64,000 nucleotides of DNA, from assembly GCA_965219085.1 (NCBI GenBank), contig OZ244720.1, positions 3,146,885 to 3,210,884 of the forward strand, written 5' to 3'. Below the pieces are notes generated by a model. That model made no database searches, was not told the origin of the DNA, and worked only from the letters and a program-made list of their open reading frames with translations. Below, one piece after another: positions 39,856 through 49,757 of the stretch. Position 1 is the stretch's first letter, and each line of letters starts with the position of its first letter. The stretch is from Dehalococcoidia bacterium. GTDB taxonomy: Bacteria > Chloroflexota > Dehalococcoidia > UBA2979. The position numbers were made by a program, and so were the translations under genes.

Positions 39856-42800
39856 GACTTCGAACACCCCGAGGGCGACTCGATCTTCACTCTCGTCGTG
39901 AACGGGCAGGCTGTCGAGCGCGACTTGAGCGCCCTGACCATCAACGCCCCAACCCCTACGGCGCCACTGAAGAGTTGCAGGACCAGCTCGTCTACCGGGT
40001 GACGCATCAAGAGGGTCAGGCGGACGTCCTGAACTCCAAGGAACACGAACTCCTGTGGAATTCCTGAGACCACATGGCGGTGGAAGGCTGCACCCAGCAT
40101 CACTTCGCCGGCGATCCTGATACACCGACTGTTCCTGGTTCAACTCGATCAAGGCAGTCGATGGCGACTACCTGCTGTCGATGCGTGGATGCGCGAAGGT
40201 ATTGCTGATCGACGGCGAGACCGGCGATGTGATCTGGCGAATGGGCCGGACCAACCTGACCGATGCAGAGTGGGCGGCGAGCGGTACGGACATCAGCCCG
40301 ACGACCGGCCCTGCGCCGCTCACCATCATCGATGATCTCTGGGCGAATTCTGTGGGCAGCATTCGGCGAGGATCCTCGGCAACGGCAACCTCCTGCTCTA
40401 TGACAATGGCAGCCATTGCGCGATAAACCTGGAGGACGGCAGAACCTGGCGAAGAAATAATCAGTTCACCCGGGTCGTGGAGTATTCCCTTGACCTTGAG
40501 CAGGGCGAGGCCACTTGGCTGCGTCAACACACGCTGCGGGGCCAGGAGAATGCGTTCTCTACCTCGAGCGGCTCTGTCGCGTCGGTTCCCAACGGGAACT
40601 GGCTGATCAGCTGGAGCAGACCCGCTGGCGGCTAGCAGCCACACGTCTGTGTTCAATCCCGGCGCGCCGCAGGTGGTGGTCGCCTTCAACCGGCCCGTGG
40701 TTGACTTCGCCGCCGACACGCGCTCGGTTGAGGTCAGCGGAGCGACCATCGACAAGCGTCAGCCCACGCATCGTCGCCGGGGAAGTGGCGAATGCCTACA
40801 TCTTCACGCTGACTCCGGAGGGCAGCGGCCACATCACGTTCCGCCTGGTCGCGAACAAGCCGTGCGCGGACGGTGGCATCTGTGCGGCGGACGGATTCCT
40901 GCTCTCCGTCGGCCTCTCCGTCACCACCTCCGCGGCGAACACGCCCGGAGAACGCGCTGGGGACGCCGTTCACCTACGCCGGTGGTGACGAGGTTGCAGG
41001 GCCCGAGTCGGGCGCCGCGACGAAGCGGAGTGCGCCCCAGGATCGCGAAGCAGGAGAACTTCTCAGGCACGCTCGACACCTACACGGCGACCGACCCCGA
41101 AGGGGTGACGACGTTCACGTGGTCGCTCGAGGGTGACAATGCCAGCGACTTCACGATCGGCGAGAGCACGGGCGTGCTTCGGTTCATGGCTCCGCCCGAC
41201 TTCGACATTCCCGGGGACAGCGATCGGAACAACATCTACCTGCTGGCCGCGAAGGCGAGCGACGGGACCATGACGGGCGAGTACGCGGTGAGCGTGGAGG
41301 TCACTGGGGCCGACGAGCGTCATGGACTTCCCGGAGAACAGCCCCAGGACGAGGGTCGTCGGCCGCTACTCCGCGAGCGACCCCGAGCGCGAGGGGGTCA
41401 CGTGGTCGGATCTTTCCGGGGCCGATGCGGGCAAATTCGAGCTCAACAACACCGGCCTGCTGACCTTCATGAACTCCCCGAACGACGAGGAGCAGCCGGA
41501 GTACGAGGTCACGGTCAACGCCTCCGACGGCGGCTTCACGGGCAGCCTCGACGTAACCGTGACTGTGAGCGATGTCAACGAGCCGCCAGTGGTCACGCGG
41601 CGGACGAACACAGGCGCGTTCAGCGTCGTCGAGCACAGCGGGACCTTGATCGGCGCCTTCAACGCCACGGACCCCGAGGGCGACGCGGTCAGGTGGTCGC
41701 TGACGGGGACCGACGCCGCCGACTTCGCGATCAGCAATGGCCCCGGCACGCCTGGCGAGCTCAGCTTCCGGGGCGCCTCCGGACTACGACAATGCGATCG
41801 ACTCCAACAAAGACAACGAGTACCACGTCACCGTGCAGGCCACGGAGGCGGACGACACCGACCCGCTGACTCGCGAGCTGACGGGCAGCCTGCCCGTGAT
41901 CGTCAGGGTCACTGACATCGACGAAGTGCCAACCGTCACGGGGAATCTGACACCCAACGTGGCAGAGAACACGACCGCGGTCACGACCTACAGGGCCAGC
42001 GACCTCGACGGCGTCGAGATCACGTGGTCACTGGAAGGGGCCGGCGCCAGCAGCTTCACGATCAGCGGCACGGGCGCACTCTCGTTCCGGAGCCTCCCGA
42101 ACTACGAAGCCCAGACCCGGCACAGCGTGACCGTGCGCGCATCTGACGGGACCAACAACGTCGACCGCGCCGTCACGGTCACCGTCACCGACGTGGATGA
42201 GCTGGAGAAGCTCGTGCTCATGCCGCGCCGGCCGCTCATCGGCATCGACTACACGGCTGCCTTCCAGGAGGGGACGGGCGATGTCGTGCAGTCGGCGACG
42301 TGGGTGTGGGAGCGCTCCACCAACCACAACAGCGGCTGGACGACCATCAGCGGGGCGACGGCGGCGACGTACCGTCCGGTGGGCGCCGACCGCGACCACT
42401 ACCTGCGCGTGACCGCCTTCTACAACGATGGGCACAGCGCGAAGACCCTGCTGGCGACCTCGGAGTTGAAGACGGCGCCGGACAGCACCACGAGCACCGC
42501 GCCGACGTTCCCGAGCCCGCTGTTCGCGGGCGGCGTGACCGGCCTCTCAGTCCGCGAGAACGCCGCCGCCGGCACCGACGTCGGGACCGCGCTGCCCGCG
42601 ACCGACGCGCAGAACAGCCGCTCAGCTACTCCCTCGCGGTCACGGGCTTCACCAGCGATCCGCCGTTCGAGATCGACGAGCACACTCGGCAGATCACCGT
42701 CGCGACCGGCACCGTGCTCAACCATGAGGGGCAGGAGACGTACGGCGTCACGGTGACGGTGCAGGACGACTTCAACGCCACCGCCAGCGCCACGTTCAAC

Positions 42801-45021
42801 ATCGCCGTCGAGGACGTGAACGAGCGGCCGGTGGCGGTCCCAGACATCCCACCGGCGACCGACGAGGACACGGGCGACCACCTTCGCCGTCCTCGCGAAC
42901 GACGAAGACCCCGACGACGGCGACACCCTGGAAGTGACGCTGACGAGCAGCCCGGACCCCGGGCGCGTCGCGCTGGATCCGAGCACGCAAATGGTGACCT
43001 ACACACCGGCTCAGAACGACCACGGGACGTACACGTTCCGCTACACAGCCTCGGACGGGGTCCTTACCAGCGCCCCCCTGGTCACGGTCACGGTCAACCG
43101 GGTGAACGACGCGCCCGTGTCACCGAGTCGGCGCCCGCGCGATCCGTGTCTGAGGACGCCGAGGCCGACGCACCCGTCGGCGAACGTGTCGAGGCGACAG
43201 ACGCCGACGAGGGCGACACGGTCACGTACAGCCTCTCGGGTGCTGATGCGTCCCTCTTCGAGATCGACGCCGACGGTCAGATCACCGTCTCGAACAGCGC
43301 GATCCTCAACGCGACCACCGACGCCACCGCCATGCTCATGCTCACCGTCACCGCCGATGACGGGAACGGAGGCGAGGCGACAGTCGAGGTGACCATCACC
43401 GTCACGGCCGGGCCGGTAGGACCACCGATCATCATCGGCGGTGGTGGTGGCGGCCCCTCCGGGCCCAGCCCGAGCGATGTCGACTTCGAGTGGAACGTGA
43501 CGCGCGACATCGATGATCTCGCCGGCGGGCAACACCATGGCGACCGGCCTCTGGTCGGACGGCGAGACGCTGGGTGGTCGACAACGCCGACGGCGCCGGC
43601 GACGCCGTCTACGCCTACGACCTCGCGACGGGCGAACGCCTCGAGCAGCGCGAGTTCGAACTCGACAACGCCAACCTCGCGCCTCGCGGCCTCTGGTCCG
43701 ACCCCAGCACCATCTGGATCTCCGACAGCGGCAAGGACAAGCTCTTCGCACACGACCTCGCGAGCGGCGAACGCCTGCCCGACTCCGACCTCGCACTGCA
43801 CCCCGACAACAACGACCCACGCGGCATCTGGTCCGACGGCTCGACCATGTGGGTCCTCGGCGACCACGACGACGCCCCCTTCGGCTACGACCTCGCGACC
43901 GGCGAGCTGGTCGCCCGGCACGCCCTCGACTCCGCCAACGACGACCCGCGCGGCCTCTGGTCGGACCGCGTCACGGTCTGGGTCTCCAACCACGACCCCA
44001 AGCGCCTCTTCGCCTACCGCCTCGAGGACGGCGAGCTCGTGCGCAACAGCGACGGGGAGTTCGGGGATCTGAGCAGGGCCAGCAACAGCAGCCCGCGCGG
44101 CCTCTGGTCGGACGGCGACGTCATGTACGTCGCCGACAAGAGCGACGACAAGGTCTACACCTACAACATGCCCGACGCCATCGACGCCCGTCTCACCTCG
44201 CTCACCCTCAGCGGCATCGACATCGGCGAGTTCCTGCCGGGTCGGACGGAGTACGAGGGCGTCGTCGCCGAGGGCGTGACGGAAACCACGGTCGAGGCCG
44301 AGCCCGCGCAGGACGACGCGGGCGCTCCCACCCACCCGCCCGACGCCAACGAGGAGGCCGACGGCCACCAGGTGGCGCTGGACGGAGTCTCCGAGATCAC
44401 CGTCACCGTGACCTCGGCGGACGGCAGCCGCGAACGCGTCTACCGCGTGGGGCTCGGCGATCCGGAGCGGGCAGCCACGAGCGAGCCCGGATTCGGCTGC
44501 TTCCGCGGCGATGTCGCCGTCGGCTTCAGCCTCCTCGTCTACGCAGGGGCAGCATCGAGGATCTGGAGGCTTGCGCGCGGGACCGGCACATCGTGGCCCT
44601 CTACGCGCTGCACGGCGGCGTCCACGTCTCCTACATCCTCGAAGCGCCCGAGTTCGTGTACCAGCCCTTCGTCGAGCTGTTCGCGGACGGCGTGCCCCCG
44701 GTCACACCGCTGACCGTCAGGAGCGACGGGCCGCCCTCAGCGGACCCGAACCCGGGCGCCGGCGACATCGTGGAGCCTGGGCAGGACTGCATGAGTGGCG
44801 ACATCGTCGAGGGCTTCAGCCTCGTCGTCTACGAGGGCGGGAGCGTCGAGAACCTCCGGGCCTGCGCGCGGAGCCGGGGCGCCACAGCCCTCTACACGCT
44901 CGACGGCGGCGAGTTTGTCTCGCTCATCCTCGGTGCGCCGGACCTCGTCGACGACCCCTTCCGCGAGCTGTTCCCCGGCGGGCTCGCCCCGGTCACCCCG
45001 CTGATCGTCAGGAGCAACTGA
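39856..45021 (+). pseudogene. Giant adhesin-like gene continuation: propeller half, Ig-like, at least 6 cadherin repeats, a 5x blade-like repeat, cadherin-like beta sandwich, and a tandem unfamiliar C-terminal module. Broken by several frameshifts
   Basis: Cadherin repeats with DVNEPPV/VTVTDVDE (for example WSLEGDNASDFTIGESTGVLRFMAPPDFD, LSYSLAVTGFTSDPPFEIDEHTRQITVATGTVLNHEGQETYGVTVTVQDDFNATASATFNIAVEDVNERPV). The reading frame hops between ORFs 40181, 40649, 41322, 41737, 42300, 43574, 43513 and 44511. One example: near 43570 CTGGGTGG where CTGTGGGTGG is expected. Confidence 0.5.
43537..44190 (+). repeat. Five tandem 45-48 aa blade-like repeats (consensus PRGLWSDGxTxWVxDxxxxKLFAYxLxxGERL) within the adhesin
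   Basis: Protein-level periodic repeats beginning GLWSDGETLWVVDNADGAGDAVYAYDLATGERL, GLWSDPSTIWISDSGKDKLFAHDLASGERL, GIWSDGSTMWVLGDHDDAPFGYDLATGELV, GLWSDRVTVWVSNHDPKRLFAYRLEDGELV, GLWSDGDVMYVADKSDDKVYTYNMPD. Confidence 0.5.
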
Positions 45022-45288
45022 CTTCCGGCAGCGAGGTCCAGCCAGTGACGTCACGGCGGACTGTCGGGGGAAGCGCGTACTGCGCTCCCCCTTCGCGCGC
45101 CAGGCAAGAGCCACGCTCAGGAGCAGCGGGACGCGCACGGTCATGTCGTCCTGGAGCAGCGACACCGATCACGAGCTAGATCTCGGCCGCGAAGCCCGCG
45201 ACCACGAGCAGCGCGCGCCGGGCCCAGTCACCTCGCCCACCGCGGCGCGCCATTACCTATGATGGCCGCGCCGTCGAGGGGGTGGGCG

Positions 45289-46092
45289 ATGCCCGAGTTC
45301 GAGACGATTCGCTTCGAGGTCGAGGGGCCGCGCGCGACGATCACGCTCAACCGCCCGGAGCGCATCAACGCCTTCAACGGCGCCATGGAGCGCGAGATGC
45401 GCGACGCCTGGACGATCGTGCGCGACAGCGACGCGATCCGCGTCGTGGTGCTGACCGGCGCAGGCGATCGCGGCTTCTGCTCCGGCGTCGACCGCCGCGC
45501 CGAGGACGGCGAGCGCCTCTCCCAGCAGTTGGCGACGAACCTGTGGAACCGCGAGGATGCCGGCGCGTTCCTCGGGCCGAAGAGCAACCGCGTCTACAAG
45601 CCGGTCATCAGCGCGGTCCACGGCATCGCCTGCGGCGGCGCGTTCTACATGCTCGGCGAGTCCGACATCATCGTCGCCTCCGAGGACGCCACCTTCTTCG
45701 ACCCCCACACGACGTACGGTCTGACCGCGGTCTTCGAACCAATCCTCGCGCGGCAGTGGCTCCCCTACGGCGAGGTGATGCGCATGGTGCTGCTCGGCAA
45801 CGACGAGCGGATCAGCGCACGGCGCGCGCTCGAACTCGGGTTCGTGACCGACGTCGTGACCCGCGAGCAGTTGCTGCCGGCCGCCTACGGACTCGCCGAG
45901 CGCATCGCCGCGAAGCCACCGGCCGCCGTGCAGGGCAGCATCTACGCGCTCTGGGAGAGCCTCTCGCTGCCGCTCGGCGCCGCGATCCAGCAAGGCATGC
46001 CGCTCACCGACATCGGCAACGCGGCGGTACGTCCCGAGGAGGTCACGGCCACCTTCGGGGCGGGCGCGGACCGTACGTTCCGCGTGCGCTGA
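45289..46092 (+). CDS. Enoyl-CoA hydratase/isomerase (crotonase family)
   Basis: MPEFETIRFEVEGPRATITLNRPERINAF, LTGAGDRGFCSGVD and KPVISAVHGIACGGAFYMLGESDIIVASEDA are canonical crotonase blocks. Confidence 0.8.
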   Translation: MPEFETIRFEVEGPRATITLNRPERINAFNGAMEREMRDAWTIVRDSDAIRVVVLTGAGDRGFCSGVDRRAEDGERLSQQLATNLWNREDAGAFLGPKSNRVYKPVISAVHGIACGGAFYMLGESDIIVASEDATFFDPHTTYGLTAVFEPILARQWLPYGEVMRMVLLGNDERISARRALELGFVTDVVTREQLLPAAYGLAERIAAKPPAAVQGSIYALWESLSLPLGAAIQQGMPLTDIGNAAVRPEEVTATFGAGADRTFRVR

Positions 46093-46207
46093 GGACAGCG
46101 TGATTCGGCAGGCCGGCGGCGACGGCTCGCTGCGTCGCCGCACATCGATGTGAGTTCGCGGCTGTCGCGAAGGGCGGACACCGTCCGCGGGTACGCAGGG
46201 GGACGCA

Positions 46208-47116
46208 GTGGTCACGATCGGCGACATGTTCCACGTCATCCACATCTACGACGAGCTCCAGCCGCTCGACGACTGGTACGACAGGATCTTCGCGCCCAGG
46301 CGCTCGATGCTGGGCAACTACAGCGCGACCGAGAAGCGCGACGCCTCGCTCTGCTACATCAGCGACTTCTGCATGGAGACGATGGCCCCGGCGCACCGGG
46401 TCGCGGGCGCGGCGGACATGCCGGTCGGCCGGTTCCACCGGCGCTTCGGCAACCACCTGCACTCGATCGCGTGGTTCGTCAGCGACGGCATGCCCGAGCT
46501 CTTCGGGCGGTTGCAGGACGCCGGCGTGAGGCTCTTCACCGACGGGGGAGGCGCCGCGACCGACATCTCGCAGCTCGCCGCGGCGGCGTTCACGCACCCG
46601 CGCGACACGAAGCGCCAGTGGGAGCTGATGGCGGCGACGGGCGACCAGGCGGATCCGACCGCGCGCATCGGGGGCTGGTCCGTCGAGTTCTGGCGCGACG
46701 AGCACCCGATGGGCATCCTCCCCTCGGCGTGGCACATCACCGTCAGCGTGCGCGACCTCGACGAGGGCGCCGGTCTCTACGAGCGGCTGCTCGGCGCCCA
46801 CGTCGTACACGAGGAGGAGGACGCCGCGAAAGGCGCGCGCAGCCGCTACCTCAGCGTCGGCCAGAACACGCTGATCGAGGTGGCGACCCCCACCGGGTCC
46901 GACAGCCTGCTGGCACGCGACCTCGACAGCCGGGGCGAGATCATCCACGCCGTCACATTCCGCACGAGGGACCTCGCCGCCGCGCGGCAACACGTCCTTG
47001 CGCAGGGCGTCGGCGTCGAGGAGGTCTCGCCCGAGACGTTCCTGATCAGCCCCGACGACTCGATGGGCGCCACCCTCTACATCAGCGAGCGGGCAATCCC
47101 CGGAGACCCTCGGTGA
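46208..47116 (+). CDS. VOC-family (glyoxalase/bleomycin-resistance/dioxygenase) two-domain protein
   Basis: Two beta-alpha-beta-beta-beta-like halves (FHVIHIYDEL..., WHITVSVRDLDEGAGLYERLLGAHVVHEEE). Coupled by a 19-codon mini-ORF to the downstream CoA-transferase. Confidence 0.65.
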   Translation: MVTIGDMFHVIHIYDELQPLDDWYDRIFAPRRSMLGNYSATEKRDASLCYISDFCMETMAPAHRVAGAADMPVGRFHRRFGNHLHSIAWFVSDGMPELFGRLQDAGVRLFTDGGGAATDISQLAAAAFTHPRDTKRQWELMAATGDQADPTARIGGWSVEFWRDEHPMGILPSAWHITVSVRDLDEGAGLYERLLGAHVVHEEEDAAKGARSRYLSVGQNTLIEVATPTGSDSLLARDLDSRGEIIHAVTFRTRDLAAARQHVLAQGVGVEEVSPETFLISPDDSMGATLYISERAIPGDPR

Positions 47117-47171
47117 TGCACGGCCCCGCGCTCGCGGCGCGGCTGCGGACGGCAATGGCGAGGGGCGACGC

Positions 47172-49680
47172 GTGACGCTGACGCTGCCGCTCGACGGGCT
47201 CCGCATCGTCGACCTCACGCAGGAGGCGATGGGGCCGTTCTGCACACGGCTGCTCGCCGACTACGGTGCGGAGGTCATCAAGATCGAGCCGCCGGCGGGC
47301 GATCCGGCGCGGGCGCTGCCTCCGTTCGCCGCCGACACGCCCGGACCGGAGCGCAGCGGGACGTTCCTGTTCCTCAACACCAACAAGCGCAGCGTGGTCC
47401 TCGATCTCGAGCTCCCGGCGGACCGTGAACGGCTGCTCGACCTCGTCGCCGGCGCGGACGCGGTGGTGGAGAGTTTCGCGCCCGGCACGCTTGACGCGCT
47501 CGGGCTGGGCTACGAGCGGCTCGCGGCGGTGAACCCCCGGGTCGTGCTGACCTCGATCACGCACTTCGGGCAGGACGGCCCCTACCGCGACTGGCAGGCG
47601 ACCGACCTCACCGTCTACGCGATGGGCGGGCCGATGCTCACCACCGGTCACATCGACCACGAACCGATCCGGGTCGCAGGCCGCATGGCGAGTTACCAGG
47701 TCGGCTACATGGCGGCGCTGGCGACCGCCGTCGGCCTGCACGCGGCGGAGGCGCGCGGCACAGGCGAGCACCTCGACGTGAGCGCGTTCGAGGCGCTCAC
47801 GGACTCGATCGACACACGCCTCACGCGGTTGCAGGGCTACCAGTACTCCGGCAGCCTCGCGCAGCGCGGTTCGCTCGCCCGGGGCGTTGGCATGGGCACG
47901 TATCCGTGCGCCGATGGCTTCGTGACGCTGTCCGGCGGATTGCCGGCGCAAATCCCCCGGCTCTTCCGCATGCTCGGCGTCGAGCACCTGCTGGAGCAGC
48001 CGGAGTGGAGCGCACCGGGCATGGCGTTCGACCCGGAGCGCGTCGACGCGTTCGCCGCGTACCTGCTCCCATGGACGCTCGCCCGCACGAAGCGCGAGGT
48101 TCGCGAGGCGTGCCAGGAGTACGGCGTGCTCGGCGCGCCGATCTCGACCGTCGCCGAGGTCCTCGACGACCCGAGCTTCGTCGAGCGCGGCTTCTTCCAG
48201 GAGATCGACCACCCGGAGACGGGCGCGGTCCGCTACCCCGGATACCACTTCACGCTGCATAGCGAGGACGGCCCGATGCCGCCGCGGCGCCGCGCACCGC
48301 TGCTCGGCGAACACACCGACGAGATCCTCGGCGCCCTGCCCGAGCGCCGGCCTGCCGGCCGCCGGGGCGAGGACCGCCTCGGCGATCGGCTCCCGCTCGA
48401 GGGCATGCGCATCCTCGACTTCACCGTGGTGTGGGCGGGGCCCTACGCCACGATGCTGCTCGCCGACTGGGGCGCGGAGGTGATCCGCATCGAGTCCCGG
48501 CAGCACTTCGCGCCGAACACGCGCGGCTTCATCGCCCACATGACGCGCGAGGTGGTGGCCGGCAATCCGGCGCTCGCATCGTTGTATCCGGACGGCGATC
48601 CGGGGGACGAGGCGTGGAACCGCAACGCACTGTTCAACGGGCACGGGCGCGGCAAGCGCTCGATGACGCTCGACCTCACGCGCCCCGAGGGCCAGGAGCA
48701 GTTCGAGCGGCTGGTCGCCATGGCCGACGGCCTGATCGAGAACAACCTGCCACCGAACATCGAGAAGCTCGGCATCACGTGGGAGCGGCTGTCGCGCATC
48801 AACCCCCGGCTCGTGCTGGTGCGCATGCCGGCGTTCGGCGTGAACGGCCCGTATCGCTCCTACCGGACGCTCGGCAACCACATGGAGTCGATTGCGGGGC
48901 ACCCGCCGATCCGCGCCTACCCCGACCTCAGCCTCGAGTACGCGCCGACCGGCGTACCGGCCGACGCTGCCTCCGGGATCGGCGGCGCGCTCGGGTTCCT
49001 GCTCGGCCTTCGCCACCGCGAGCGGACGGAGCGCGGCCTGATGGTGGAGCTCGCGACAGCGGAGAACATGGTGCCGTTCCTCGGCGAGTTCGTCATGGAC
49101 TACGTGCTCAACGGCCGCGAGTGGGAGCACATGGGCAACGACCACTGGTGGCTCGCGCCGCACGGCGCCTACCCGTGCGCCGGCGGCGACCGCTGGATCG
49201 CGATCGCGTGCCGCAACGACCAGGAGTGGCGGGCGCTGTGTGACGTGATGCTGCGCCCCGAACTCGCCGGGGACGTGCGCTTCGCCTCGATGGAGCAGCG
49301 CTACGCGAACCGCCGCGAGCTCGATCGCGAGATCGCCGCGTGGACGGCCGACGTCGAACCGACGTGGCTGATGGGCCGCCTGCAACGTGCCGGCATTCCC
49401 GCCGGCGTGCTGATGAACGAGCACGACCTGTTGCACGACGAGCAGCTTCGCGCGCGACTTCTTCCAGTGGATCGACTCGCCATCGACCGGCCGCCAGCTG
49501 CACCCGACCCGGCCATGGCGGGCCAGCCGCACGCCGGTGCGCCCGGTGCGGCACGCGGCGCGGCTCGGCGAGGACAACGAGTACGTCTACCGCGAACTCC
49601 TCGGCTTCACCGAGGAGCAGTACCGCCGCTTCGAGGAGCTGGGCCACATCGGCGCCGACTACGACCCCTCGGTGCCCTGA
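47172..49680 (+). pseudogene. Third fused double-domain family III CoA-transferase, with a 1-nt frameshift about 75 codons before its true end
   Basis: GTG start overlapping the mini-ORF stop. Domain 1 reads LRIVDLTQEAMGPFCTRLLADYGAEVIKIEPPAGD; domain 2 starts near 48400. Near 49455 the frame must shift by +1 (CGCGCGCGACTTCTTCCAG) to recover DFFQWIDSP...RLGEDNEYVYRELLGFTEEQYRRFEELGHIGADYDPSVP*, ending at 49680. The annotated ORF instead runs on to 49955 in a wrong Arg-rich frame. Confidence 0.6.
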
Positions 49681-49757
49681 TCACCGGCTCACTCGGGAGG
49701 CAGTCAGGGAGATCGCGCGCTCTGAGGCGGCTCACGCCGGCGCCAGCGCCATCACGC

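Noticed and set aside
14315-49458. Programmed ribosomal frameshifting as an explanation for the single-base frame breaks in the DUF2330-like gene, the third CoA-transferase and the adhesin
   Set aside because: None of the sites has a slippery heptamer plus downstream structure. The only shift site that looks programmed is the IS3 orfA/orfB junction. Indel errors or pseudogenisation are more parsimonious
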